In this document: positions 1 to 12,426 of the stretch, one piece after another
Numbering within the stretch: position 1 is the first letter of the stretch
Layout of the letters: each line of letters starts with the position of its first letter
Assembly (NCBI GenBank): GCA_907165135.1
Contig: OU015566.1
Span: 6,386,001 to 6,450,000, forward strand
DNA length: 64,000 nt
Direction of reading: 5' to 3'
Origin: Oikopleura dioica
Lineage: Eukaryota; Animalia; Chordata
Notes under the pieces: model-generated
The model's input: only the letters and a program-made list of their open reading frames with translations
Told to the model about the DNA's origin: nothing
Database searches by the model: none
Made by a program: the position numbers and the translations under genes

Positions 1-131
1 ATGAAGACATTTAAAATATCATATTTTGATTGGTTCAAATGAACTCAAATAGCGCCACCTAAAAATTATTTATCTTGGATTTGATTGGTCTAATAATCAA
101 CAAAGCGCCACCACGCGGATTTTTCCTTTAA

Positions 132-344
132 CCCTTACCGGCCAAATGCACCATGTATGGTGTATTTTTTGAATTTTCAAAATTTCAATCCTTCATATCT
201 TTCTTTACAGAGTAACTCCTACGTTAAATCACCCCTAGTTTGAAAGGACTCTCCAGTGCTAACAACATACTCTGAAAGATAGGGTTACACTTTTCAACAA
301 AACCTCAAAAAACGTGATTGAAAATTGGCTTTGGCCGGTAAGGG
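132..344. mobile_element. piggyBac-like non-autonomous MITE (213 bp)
   Basis: TIR CCCTTACCGGCCAA (132-) / TTGGCCGGTAAGGG (-344), flanked on both sides by TTAA (128-131, 345-348). CCC termini plus a TTAA target are piggyBac hallmarks. No ORF. Confidence 0.8.
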
Positions 345-1206
345 TTAATTACTTAGACCAGTAAAAATCTCTGAAATAATCTCAAAATATCCACTCTCGA
401 TGCATAGGCTCTTGAAATCGCCAAGACAGAAAATTCGGGCTCATCCAATTAGCGCGTGAATTTTCACACTAAGAGCGTTACGTCCGTGGCGAATATTTTT
501 CGCAATTTCGGTACTTTCGCCCTTTTAGAGAATGCCATTATTACTGTCAGAAAGCAGCGTCTTCCTGCTTTTTATGGCATTCCTAATTGACACCATAAAA
601 TCTTCATCCACGTTTTTCTTCAGTCGCGAAATATACAATCGCGGGAGAGCTTTTTTCGCGAAAAAAAAGCAGCCGCGAAATACATGTAAATTCTGCGGTT
701 TGCAAAATTCGTTAAAAAATGCAGATAGCGGTACTTTTTCAGATACCGAAATTGGGAGAAGAAATGTCGAGAATTAATTGAGCTAGTGACCTAAAGAACG
801 TTTTTGGTCACGTTGACGCGGCGCCGTGAAATTTCGAAAACAGGATTAGAAGACACTGTAGTTTCCTTAGTCGGCTTGGAATTGAAAGCAAAAATGACGC
901 TTAAAATTCTTTTAGAGATTTTTACTTAGAAATCGTCATTTTAGTTACTAAATTGTTGATTTTTAAATTAAAAGATCACGTCACGATTTTGACCAATCAA
1001 AATGCTGCGCGCGAATTTAAAATGTATAAATAGGCAATCTTGACTCGAATTTTCAAAGTCGATGATCTAAGACCCTTGTTGTCGAATTCTTATTTTAGGC
1101 TTGTTCTAGTGCCCCCGTAAGCCTAAAATTAGCTTCATTAAAACGGAGTTCGAAAGAAAGTAATTTCGGTATTTGAACTCGCTCTTAATTATCCTAGATT
1201 TTTTTA

Positions 1207-1335
<129 letters not shown>

Positions 1336-1856
1336 TTAAGCCGGTTGTTTGCTCGCCGGTGGACAGAATCAGAGATTACTCCGAACTGGCCGACGGACGT
1401 TACCTTTTTATCACGGTAGAAAGGAAACCGTTCCATGATGAATTTGTAAATTCCGCCGAGGGTTAATTTTCGATCGTCGCTAGAAATATTTAATTATTGA
1501 AGTTCCATGATGCATAAAATGGAAATGTACGGCTTTGAATTTGTATAAGAGGTCATTTGGCGAAAATGTGAAAAGAATGAAAAAGGTCATGTGATTTGCA
1601 TTTTGGCTGGGGCTAGTGACGTCAATCTGATTAGAGCAAACAAGAGCACCGGCCCGTTACCGCGCTTGGTTTTTTCGACCACGTTAGAACGGGCCAGTGT
1701 GAGTTTTTTGATAAAAACGGAGGGGTTTTATCATGAAAAAGAGGAGATTTGAACACCTAGGGAAAATACCAAATCGTGGGAACTAGCGGCCAAAGATAAA
1801 AAATGTGAGGAAAAGGGTCATTTCTGAAAATTTACATAGACGCTTTTAATTTTCAC

Positions 1857-2030
1857 AAAAATTTTGGGGGACGGGGTCAGGAACCGACAAAAAAAATCGA
1901 CAAATTTTGCGTGGGCGGCTACTCCGCTGCTGATTGGCCGGTAAGCCGAATCTAGACTTCTGATTGGTTGAAAATTCCCAAGCAAAAATTGTCGAAATTT
2001 TTTGTCGGTTCCTGACACATCCCCAAATTT
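1857..2030. repeat. Dispersed palindromic repeat with two central CCAAT boxes (copy 1)
   Basis: Imperfect arms of about 50 bp (TCAGGAACCGACAAAAAAATCGACAAATTTTGC / GCAAAAATTGTCGAAATTTTTTGTCGGTTCCTGA) around two GATTGG motifs. A related inverted copy lies at about 13765-13930. Confidence 0.65.
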
Positions 2031-2563
2031 AGGGCAGAATTTATTTGTCACTTTTTTCTTGATTTTAGCGACCATATTTGTATTTTTTTCAATTTCGACC
2101 TCTTTATTTCCCCCTTTCAAAGCTCAAAGAATCATACCATTCTGATTATCTGCCTGAAAATACAGTTTGAGAGCCAAAGTGCTTGATGCCTTCCCTTTTA
2201 TGAGTAGCAGCCCCTTAAAACATCATGTCCACCTTGTCGCCCTCTCCTCGCTTCCCCGTTTTTGCATACCCTTGTTTTTGCCGAAATTAATCATAAAGCA
2301 CGGGACAGAGAGGCTTCCTCGAACGAGCCGCGAAAAATATTTAAAACGGAGTAAAACACAGCCGTCGCCGAAAAATACTTTTACTCACTTGTTCGATCTC
2401 TTGCAATTTTCTAGCGGGCGAAAATTGAAAATTTACGCGCCGCGGAATTTCGCGACCGACCGCGACTAGAGAGATCGAGACGGCGGATTGACGTCATGAA
2501 TTTTTACAAAAGTAAAACATTGGCTTTTGGGTACTGGAAAAAATCTACGGGAGATAAGATAAA

Positions 2564-2803
2564 AGGGCTCGGCAATCTGTGTAGAAAACCTGAGTCAGGG
2601 TCTGAAAGATCTTTAATGAAAAGCCGCGTAGCGGCTTTTTCTTAACGAAGCCGCTTTGCGGCTTCGCCTGAGTATATTGATTAATTTTAATGGTTACTTT
2701 TCAAAGCCGCTTCGCGGCTTCGCTTTTAAAAAAGCCGCTACGCGGCTTTTCATTAAAGCTCTTTCAGACCCTGACTCAGGTTTTCTACACATTTTCCCGA
2801 GAC
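2564..2803. mobile_element. Palindromic MITE, AAGCCGC family, copy 1
   Basis: Long TIRs GGGCTCGGCAA..GTAGAAAACCTGAGTCAGGGTCTGAAAG and four internal AAGCCGC-n-GCGGCTT hairpins. Same element at 7278, 9485 and 10240. Confidence 0.85.
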
Positions 2804-4461
2804 TAGCCGTGGGGTTAGGGTTAGGATTCGATCTAAGGATCACCCCCAGGTAAGCTCTTTTTGATTATTTTACTTACTTGTGAGCAATAGCCATGGCAAT
2901 AAGCGCAATATAGCTGTACGGCGGTTTTCCCCTCTGAATCGGTCTCTTTCTCTTCCTCCCACTCGACGTGACTGTAATGTACTCGCTCTCATCGTACTCC
3001 TAAAAGAGAGTTGTCTTTGGAAGAAACGTGTAGTTTCGGGAAAAAAGAAGTCTCCTAGTGCGCGTAATCCTATTTTTGCGTGTTGTCTCAAGCTAGATAG
3101 CCGGCGCGGGGGAAATCTCTTCCGGAAATCAACTCTTTAGGCTCACCTGTGTCGCCTGCGCAGTTGTTGCTTTAGGCACATGGCCGCTGTCTGAGTTGTT
3201 TCTCTCTTGTGTGCCTAACTCTGAGCCCTGTGAGCTGCTCATGTTGCTTTAAAACCAACAAAAATAAAACTAAAATAACAGGAACTCGCTCTAATCCAGC
3301 CCTCGTCCAAACAACTTCCCCTCCGGCTGTGTGTGTGCCCGAAACAGCGCCGCGGGCGAAAGAGCGCCAGCGCGTGCCCACTTCCCCGGGGGGCTTTTTT
3401 GTGAATCCGAGGTGGTGCTTGAGTTGAGTCGAGTGCGGATTTGCCAAATTGAAAAAAACACCATATGGGAATTAAAATCTCGCCCAAATTAAGGATAACT
3501 CAACAGATTACCCTCTTCAGCGTGAAAAATGTCTATTCAAAGTCGTTTTTCCAAATCAAAAATTCTGAAAAATCTGATTTTCAATCTCTAAAGCAGAAAA
3601 ATAAAGGCGTAAACAGGCACGCCCTTTTTTGCGAAAAGTTCGACCTTATCTCCCGATTTTCTTCGTATAAGATTTTTGTCTCGCTTCTGGAGGCCAGGCG
3701 CTAGAATCTTATGTAAGACGAGGTCCAAGGAAAGATTACATGCACTTTTGAGAAATGAAATTTCTCACAAAAATGAAGGATTTTTTCAAAGACTTTTTTC
3801 GAAAATTCGGATTTTCAAATACAATATTTCTGGATTAAATTTTCAGTGGTAGATCCTTAATCTTCTTTTAATGATTTAAAAAAGTGACACCCTTATTTCA
3901 CTTCGCAAATAGTCTATCAGCAAGATTAGCTATAAATTGCTTACAATTTTAAGAGAAATAGGTAACTATGTCCTTCAGAGAAAAATTAACTAAGGGTGTC
4001 ACCAGGGCTGGCAAATTAGGGTCCTAACAGCCGCACTACCGAAAAATTGTTAGGGTTCTAACTCAAAATTAGTGCGAATTAGTCCGTGTCACTATGTTAA
4101 TTCCAGAGCAGATGAATTTGTGTCGAAAGAACGGTTTTTAAGGTACATTCACTTGGCAACGTGTGTTTATGGGAAAAGAGCTTTTACGAACGGGCTGTGG
4201 TCGATAACGGCTTACTTGTGGCATTTATTTACAGTCGAAGCAGATAAATTTATTTTTGCCTATACAAAGGGTCACCCCTTCGCAAAATTTTGCGGACTTA
4301 TCGGAGACGTCCAATTAACTCTTTTTTTCGCGTGTTTTTACATTTTTTTCGGAGATGCACTTTTTCAGTAGAGTCTTTTGAACTCATTTACTTTTAATGA
4401 AATATTAATAGAAGTGCGCGTTTCTTTTCATTTCTGGGAGTTATTACTGTAAATATACCAG

Positions 4462-4469
4462 TATATAAA
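4462..4469 (+). promoter_or_regulatory. TATA box of the small secreted-protein gene
   Basis: TATATAAA about 100 bp upstream of the ATG at 4569. Confidence 0.45.
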
Positions 4470-4568
4470 GAAAACTGGCTCCTCTGACGTCTGGATTTTA
4501 AAGATTGCTGTTTCTTACAGTCACCTACAGACAGAAAAAGGGCTCTTTTTTGGAAGAGAACAGGAAAA

Positions 4569-4889
4569 ATGAAGGTTTTGTTATTGCTATTTTTGGAAAT
4601 GGCTGTAATGATTGATGCTCAAGAAAGTGAGAGAAACGGTGCTTATGGTGCTAGCCATGAATTTTTGTGTGACATATTATGGCAGAATATTCACGAGAGC
4701 GGAGAAGAAAAACCGATAGACCATGCCTATCACTTGGAGCTCTGGTAAGTTGACAGGGAAGGAGCTTGCTTGAATTTTTTGAACACTTTGAAGTGAGATT
4801 AAAAAATATTCAGCAAAGTTTTGGACAACATCCTGCACTACCAAATAATGCACAAGGACTACGACCAGCCATTTTACTACTTTGAATAA
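4569..4889 (+). CDS. Small secreted orphan protein, 2 exons (4569-4744, 4814-4889), 83 aa
   Basis: MKVLLLLFLEMAVMIDAQ signal-like N-terminus; GTAAGT donor at 4745; TTCAG acceptor at 4813; phase-compatible join; stop TAA overlaps AATAAA. Absent from the ORF track because it is spliced. Confidence 0.65.
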
Positions 4890-5797
4890 AGAAAATCAAG
4901 ACGGTATTACTGTATTTCTAGTTGAGAAAGAATGATTCGAATTTATTGTGTAAAGCGAGGTATCACTGGATTAACGAGTGGAAACGGTGGGCAAGCGCCC
5001 CTTTTGTGATTTCGAAAAGCGAATGATCATTAATCCGCCTTTAGATCATGCTCAGTGTTGGCTTGTTCGGGTGGCGTTATTACGAAGAAGCCGCGCTTTT
5101 GGGCACAATGCCCTGTGAATCGAGATCTAAGTCGCGCTCAACAGATTGTTGCTTCAAGCAATTTCGCCTTTCATTCTTCCCACTCGTCAATTTAATTTCG
5201 AATCGCCATCTTTTCAATTGATAGAATCGAAAAAATCAAAAGTGGACATTGAAATATTTTCTGTATTTAGCCTTTTAACGCATGTCACGCATAATGCCCA
5301 TTTTTTGACCGTCATACGCAGCTAGGTTAATTTTCGATATATTTTTTAGGCGCAATAATGCAATAATAGGTCCGTTTTATCGACTAAAACGATTTATTGA
5401 TGTTCATTTTTGGATAACCAATAAGATTGCTGTATTTTGCCGACCAGCCAATCAAAACCCTGATCCATAAAATCACTTACATAAATTGGTTTAACCCCTT
5501 TTTATCAAGTTTGAAATATCAACAAGTAGATCCTTAATTCGCTCCGTTTCATTGACGCTAGTTTTAGAAAAGTGAGAAGGTAGATTTTGTTCTTACTGCG
5601 CGTTTTCTAAACCTCTTACACGAGCCTTGTTTAGAACGACAAGTTAAGGCGCTTTTTCGCAGCATTAGCAAGAAAGAAATTTCGCGCGCATAGTCTAACA
5701 CGTTTTACAACTGAACATTATCGTAATTCTGGCGAAATCTATTGACAGCGAGAATTGTTTTTCGCCCGGCGCCTGTCAGCGAAAAATCTTGTTTTAA

Positions 5798-6489
5798 GGG
5801 ATCCCCCCCCGATTTTTCAAGTCTTTATGACGGGTGTCTATGCGGCATTTTTAGAATCCCCGTGTTCTGAGGATCCTTTTGATATATTATATGTCCCCCT
5901 TACGAGCATCTTTACCCAAAATTTTGACCCTCGAAAATCGTAAAAATGCATGTAATTTGTACTTAGCGTGAAAATCGCAATTTTTTTCGACTTTTCGATG
6001 TCATCGAAAATAGACGTGTAAGGGGTCTTTCGAACGCTTACAGCGCACTGAGTAAGAATCTGATAACCGCATTCGGATTTTCGGCCATATATCGGCGCTA
6101 GAGAGCAATTTAGAGCCAGAAAAGGGCCAAAATGGCATCAAAAAGTTTTTCTTAAGAAAAAATTTTTCTTACTTGACCAATCGATCTCTCTGTACTAGAG
6201 ATTGTAGATGAGGGATCAAGAAAGATAATAAAAATTGATTTAGGGCTCTATATAAGAGCAAAAAAAACTAGTTCGACTTTGAAAAAGGCCCAAAACGGGG
6301 GTTTTCGCGAGTATCTATGTATTCAGCCCGCTTTTTCGAGGTGTTTCCCCTTATGAAAATTTTTTTCTGTACTAGAGTTTGTTCATTGAGAAACGGGCTT
6401 CAAAATGAGCCATTAACCATTAAAAAAGCTAAGCCCAGAAAAAAGTAGTTCGACGTCAAAGTTGGCGAAATCGGGGGGGGGGGGATCCC
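5798..6489. mobile_element. TTAA-flanked non-autonomous element with GG termini (Kolobok-like), 692 bp
   Basis: TIR GGGATCCCCCCCCGATTT / AAATCGGGGGGGGGGGATCCC; TTAA at 5794-5797 and 6490-6493. Confidence 0.75.
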
Positions 6490-6708
6490 TTAAAATTCGT
6501 AAAACACGAAGAAAAATATGAAAAAACACAGCGAGATCTGATTAGAAAAAGTTTCTAATTGAAAAGTTTCTACTCAAAGTTTCAACTAAAAGTGATTTTG
6601 ATCACGCTAAGTATGGTGATTACAGGCTATCAAAACATTCACATGTCCTTAAATGACATTCAGAAGAACAGTTTAGCATGACAGCGCAAATCTTATGTCA
6701 TTCATTAA

Positions 6709-6758
6709 GGGTGTCAACAACGATCGAAAAAACTGGCTGAAAATCGCTGTTGACACCC
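6709..6758. mobile_element. Minimal TTAA-flanked hairpin element (50 bp)
   Basis: TTAA-GGGTGTCAAC..GTTGACACCC-TTAA. Solo GACACCCTTA ends also at about 3887, 3991, 6823 and 33968. Confidence 0.5.
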
Positions 6759-7277
6759 TTAATCTATTATTACTTTGACATAAGGAAAACGAGCACCTTT
6801 TTCTTCCTCAGAATTTACATATTGACACCCTTAATTATTGCTTGATTTTATTGACTGTCGAAACATTCTCACATGTCTCTAAATGACATTTACAGAGATT
6901 GGTTAAAAATAACATTCCGACATGGTTACATGTGACATGTCCAAAAGTAGAAATTATTATTCATGAACGCAATTTCTAAAATCCATGTTCGGATGGTGCT
7001 ATCACGTGCCTGGTTCCTCGTACTTGGCCAGGTGCTGTTATTTTACGGGGAGAGAGAACTTATCTCCCTCCGAACGCTTAATTCACCTCCGCTTGTCACC
7101 GAGGCGAGTAGCACCACTCCAACCGCATTGTACAGAAGCCACTCACTTAAACTCCAAGCTGAGCTACTCAGCTGAAGCCAGATAAGTTCTACCGTTTGTG
7201 CTTCTAACAAAACGCGAAGACGCGAATAAAGGGTCAAGCTAGAATTTCAAAGAACCTCAATTTCAAGTGCGATGGTC

Positions 7278-7532
7278 TTGGCTCGGCAACCTGTATTGAA
7301 AACCTGAGTAAGGTTCTAAAATTTTCTTCGTGAAAAGCCACATAGCGGCTTTTTTTAAAGAAAGCCGCGAAGCGGCTTCAAAAAATTTCAAAAAATTTTT
7401 TTAAAAATTTTAAAAAACATTATGTTTTTTTTTCCGTCTGACAAAGCCGCTTTGCGGTTTTTATTGAAAGATTTTTCAGACCCTGAGTCAGGGTCCCTGA
7501 GACAGGTTATCTTCACAGGTTGCCGAGCCCAG
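7278..7532. mobile_element. Palindromic MITE, AAGCCGC family, copy 2
   Basis: GGCTCGGCAACCTGT..ACAGGTTGCCGAGCCCAG termini and internal AAGCCGC/GCGGCTT hairpins. Confidence 0.8.
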
Positions 7533-8428
7533 GATAAGTCCGACTTTATTCAAGCTTCTCCCAGTTGGAAATTATGCAATGAAGAGTCGCGCCAACAAGA
7601 GTTAGACAAATGTCTAGGAGTAATAAAACAATATCTTCTTACAAGAAAATAAAGCAGGATTTTCTCCGAAGCGATATCGTAATATCTCCTTTCAAAAACG
7701 TGGCGCTGAGGATAATAAAACTTATCTTATCACCGCTTGAACATGTCATACACGCCATTAGACCTAAAAAGCCCTGTTCCCGTGTTGTTTCGCTTTCTTC
7801 AAATTCAGAAAGAAAAACAGCTGGGAGAATCGTGGCGAATAGACGTGGGTATTGGGCAATTTGAGTGTCCACGTCTTACGATTCTTTTCGCAATTTGAGC
7901 GTAAAACCAGCGCTACCGCGGAGAAATAACAAAACCGTACTGTTCAGATGAACTGTCTTCTGATCTCTTCTTTCAAGCTTATTTTTCAATTATAACGACA
8001 AGATCGAAATATTTCATTGAAACGTAAAGTCTTTACCATTTGAGAATATACGGAGATCAAAGCGTAAGAATTATTGTTGCTGATTATGAGCTAAAAAGAA
8101 GAAGCAACTCGCCGAGTTTCTGATCTGAGCTCATAGAAACGAGTTGCTTGAGCTTTTGAATTTCACGAGCTGCGCATTAGAGTGTCTTGCCTAGTCGAAC
8201 TCAGCTCGCTTCCTCGGAGTACACTTCAGATAAGTTACTTGAAGTGAGCTTTTCTTGTTCTTCAAGATCGTTGATAATTATTTTTTGATTCATTTTCCCT
8301 TTTTATGTAAGATTGAAGTTTATTTATGCTAGAGAGCAGTTGTTTTATGACCTCTTTCCCTTTTTATTGTTGTAAAACCCGAACTCAGAGTTTTTTCGCA
8401 CAGTTTTGAGTATAAAACCAGTAATAAA

Positions 8429-8884
8429 ATGTCAGAGAGCAACGAAAATCTCGAAACTGGTTCAAATTTTGCATACTCTGAAAGTTTGATCAGCGCATTT
8501 ACTAGAGAAGAAGATCTTCCGAAAACTCAAAATAATGGTTTGACAAGTAAATGATCACCGAATCACTTAATGACTGGTTCAGGAATACGTATGGAAGAAA
8601 TAAAAATTATGATTGACAGCACGATGTCTTTCTACAATTCTGAGCTCACCGCCCTTAGGCAGAAACAGCACGAACTGGACCAAAGCCTTAAAAGAATTCA
8701 AGAGATTGAAAATCATCTTGAAAATAAAAACCTGACGTTAGAAAGCCTAGATAGAAAAATTGACGATGCAAGACTTGACTTTCAACAATATCAATTAACT
8801 CCAAAGAATCGAATTTTACTGAATATCCTCGTGTTCTTTGTGATTCTTGTTTTCTTGTTTTGCACCTTTTTGACCACTTTTTGA
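8429..8884 (+). CDS. Coiled-coil protein with C-terminal transmembrane anchor, 2 exons (8429-8546, 8583-8884)
   Basis: ATG 8429; 36-nt GT-AG intron 8547-8582 joins in frame to ORF 8570..8884; heptad-like ELTALRQKQHELDQSLKRIQEIE; hydrophobic ILLNILVFFVILVFLFCTFL at the extreme C-terminus. Confidence 0.6.
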
Positions 8885-9484
8885 CCATTTTAACGAGCCA
8901 GTTCGTTTCTTTCATTGCTTAAATTCAATTGAACTTGCTCGTAGTGCGACCAAAGTTGTTCTTTATTGGGCGTTCATGGTGTTTCTCTTTTGGTACTTGT
9001 TCCTTGGATATTTAGTGAGGCTTGAAACAAGAGGCCGAACAATATTTCTGTCACTTCTTTGGGTTGCAATTTATTTACTGACAAGATTATAAAAGAAGAG
9101 TTGTCAATTTTGCTTTTACTTTTTCGAAACTTAAATGTTCTGGAAATGTTTTTAATTTAATCTACCACGTTAAAAATCTGACATCGCCTCTAACGCATCT
9201 AATATATGGTTTGTTTTATAAATCATGGAAATCAAATGCAATCATGTTTTCTCGAAGCCCTTGTCCGCCTCTGCCGCAGAATTAAATTAGCTAAACCGCC
9301 GTGGAACATTCTAACTTCCAAATATTTACGATCTGTATAAAGTGTACTTTGAATCGAGCGTACCCTCGCAGCACGTTTTATTATTTGACTGAATCGCATG
9401 TTTCGTTTGAAAATGCCAACAATCGATTAAATTAAATTGAGCTTTTGAAATTCAACAAGATTCTTCAAAATAGAGTACACAGAA

Positions 9485-9728
9485 TAGGCTCGGCAACCTA
9501 TGAAGAAAACCTGTGTCAGGGTCTGAAAAGCTAAAACGAAAAGCCGCGTAGCGGCTTTTTTTTAAAAGAAAGCCGCGAAGCGGCTTCGCCAAGAATATAA
9601 TATCGATCGAGATGGTTACACTTGCGAAGGCACTTCGCGGCTTAGTTTATAAAAAAGCCGCTACGAGGCTTTTCGTTTCCGCTCTTCAGATCCGGACTCA
9701 GGTTTTCTACACAGGTTTTCGAGCCCAG
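9485..9728. mobile_element. Palindromic MITE, AAGCCGC family, copy 3
   Basis: AGGCTCGGCAACC..GAGCCCAG termini; same internal structure as copies 1, 2 and 4. Confidence 0.85.
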
Positions 9729-10239
9729 CAGTAAATTTCCGAAAATTTGATATAACGCTGTTTTTTAATTCCGGAAATGTGGTTTCTTTAGCGTTGTCTC
9801 CGCTCCTAAAATCCACCGCCAGTTGCATCTACTCTACTCTTTCCAACTGCTGCTGTATATATAATATTTTTTGACATAAAACTGGTGCATTAACTTAACC
9901 TGCCGCCAATTAGACCTTGTTTAGAATAACATCTCTTTTAACATGTTAGATCTCATTAGAAACAGAGGAAGTGTTTACGAGCACATAGAAAAATGGCGCT
10001 GCGTGGCGTTCTAAGAAATCCTCCAGCCGCCGTAGCTCATTTACATTGAAATGGGACACTCGCGAAATATGCGGAGCAATATTGTTTCTGAATATTTTAA
10101 AACGAGCTTTACTTAGAATTGAACAAAATCAACATTTTTTCTTTAGAAACTTTTTAACCCCTTTTGACTTTTGGGAGCGAATTGCTCCAAATCCCGCGTC
10201 ATCGAAATGATCTCGCCATTACTGTAGCTAACCTGCCAG

Positions 10240-10482
10240 CTGGGCCTGGCAACCTGTATAGAAAACCTGAGTCAGGGTCTGAAAAAGCTGAAATGAAAAG
10301 CCGCTGCGCGGTTTTTTTATGAACGAGGCCGCAAAGCGGCTGCACTAGAATTTTTATTGATTATAATGGTAATATCTGCGAAGCCGCTATGCGGCTTCGT
10401 TTTAAAAAAAGCCGCTCCGCGGCTTTTCATTTCAGCCTTTTCAGACCCTGACTCAGGTTTTCTACACAGATTGCCGACCCAG
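10240..10482. mobile_element. Palindromic MITE, AAGCCGC family, copy 4
   Basis: CTGGGCCTGGCAACCTGT..ACAGATTGCCGACCCAG termini. TAACCTGC occurs at 10229-10236 and 10483-10490 (possible 8-bp TSD, offset 3 nt on the left). Confidence 0.85.
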
Positions 10483-10929
10483 TAACCTGCGAAGTACACG
10501 CAATTTACACCACGCAAGGTTCATCAAAGCCTTCACCACTTGCCTGGTACAAATCCGACCCGGCGGTTTTAGACAACCACCTGCTCAAGAAACCTCCATT
10601 CTAACAAGTCATATATTCGACAGGTCATTAACAATTCCAGAGGCACGTTTTTCGCACAACACTTTTTCGCCGGATTAGAACTTGTTGAGTGCCAAAGTGA
10701 TAACAACAGATAAGAGCAGAGCTTCAGCAGAGCTAGAGCTGGGATAATCCTAGACACTGATCAACGGGGGCTCCGTTTTTTTACATGAGAATCAGCGGAC
10801 CTTAATCAGCAGTTTTCGCTTGAAGCCGATAAGCAGAGGTTCCATTCTGTTTTTTTCCGTTGGCTTGTTTTTGAAACTTTGATAACCGAGCTTTTCTTTT
10901 GCGGAGGTAAATACAGGCTATCCAAGCTG

Positions 10930-11020
10930 TGGGCTTGGTTACCTGTGAAGAAAACCTGAGTCAGGGTCCTCAAAGATATCCTTGAAAAAAACAGGGACCC
11001 TGAGTCAGGTTTTCTCCTGA
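10930..11020. mobile_element. Internally deleted AAGCCGC-family MITE
   Basis: Retains AAAACCTGAGTCAGGG and the opposite-end GACCCTGA..CAGGTTTTCT; internal hairpins are lost. Confidence 0.6.
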
Positions 11021-12426
11021 TTAAAAACGAGGAACTACGAATGTTCTCCTTGAAACCACTGTAGACGGCTTGTTGTGGCAAGCTTGTAAAGTTCAAACAA
11101 GCCCTCTTTCCCCGTTATCTTTGTTGTTCCGTGAGCACGAAAAAAGGGTCCACCGATAAGTTACACAAAACGTGTTAGCCCCTTGAGTAACCATCTAATA
11201 CTCAAGAATTTTGAGCAGCGTAAACTTCGTGTTTCCGCTGAATCGTGTCAGATGACCATCCAAAAAGGAACCATTTTTCGACGAGCCATCCGGCTGATCA
11301 GTCTTATCCTCGCGGAAGTCCACGTAGACTAATGAGAATACCGGCCGCGATAAGAAATTCTTCCACGACCTTGGGCACAAAAATCTCAAACGGCCTTCCT
11401 CCGCAGATAGCGGCAAATCTCGGTAACTCGAAAAATCTCAGTACTCCGCAATGTAAAAAAAAAATTTTATGACTCATACAATCTTTAGGGTTAGGGTTAG
11501 AAATATTTTTATGATATTTTTGAATTTTATTTTTGAAAAACGAGGCTTCTTTATTGAATTGGTCATTTTTCTTTTGATGATTATTTTTTCTGAGAATCGC
11601 AAATTGCCAATTGCTTGGATCCTTCTAAGAGGTCATCGCTGTTGACAGCGGCGCATTTGTGAAACAGTACATAATAACCTCTTACTTATTCCTGTTTACA
11701 TCCTAAACGCGCGCTTAATTGTTGAAAAAGAAACTTGGAGCAAATTTTAAATTTCTTTAGTTTGCAAAAAAAATAGCAAGCTCTGTGTTTTGATTTGATT
11801 GCAGCGCGACCGTTTTCGACCGTGAAGCGGATACATTTCGTGAATTTTGATTTCGGGCGGCGCTGATTTGACTTCCCTGGAAAGCATGGCCCCAAGTACT
11901 CACTCATGAATATTCAGGATGTCACGTGACGAGCACTTTCGACAAGTTCCAGCAGAAGTGAACTTATCTATTCGCTCGTCACGGAGATCCGCTTTTCAGA
12001 TTTTACCCAGGAAGCATAAACTTGAATTTAAACCGCTTCCAACTAGACAAATATAAAGTTAAAACGCTGATTATTTGATTTGACTTCTCTGTTATGAAAT
12101 TTTAAAAAATACAATATCCAAATTCATCAATATTCAGAAAGTCATGTTTCGAGGCAATTTTAAACCTTTTTCTTTCTAAGATTTTGACCCAAATATTGGC
12201 CAAACTATAGACCAATCAGATTTCAGCATCTTGTAGGAAAGCCAATCAGATTCAAGAAAATAAATTTCCACCCATTTTCGTCTATTTATTTGCGCAATTT
12301 CAAGACTTGATTTGAGCTATTTTTGATTGAGATTATGTCATGATTAGCGGAGAGAATCCCTTAATTAAATTGATCTTTTTTGAGCTTCGAGACTTGAACA
12401 AGCAAACATTTAATAGTTGCTCTAAT

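Noticed and set aside
10670-11420. Possible minus-strand gene ending in a GPI-like tail (DYPSSSSAEALLLSVVITLALNKF)
   Set aside because: The upstream exons could not be joined without stops, so it is too weak to call.
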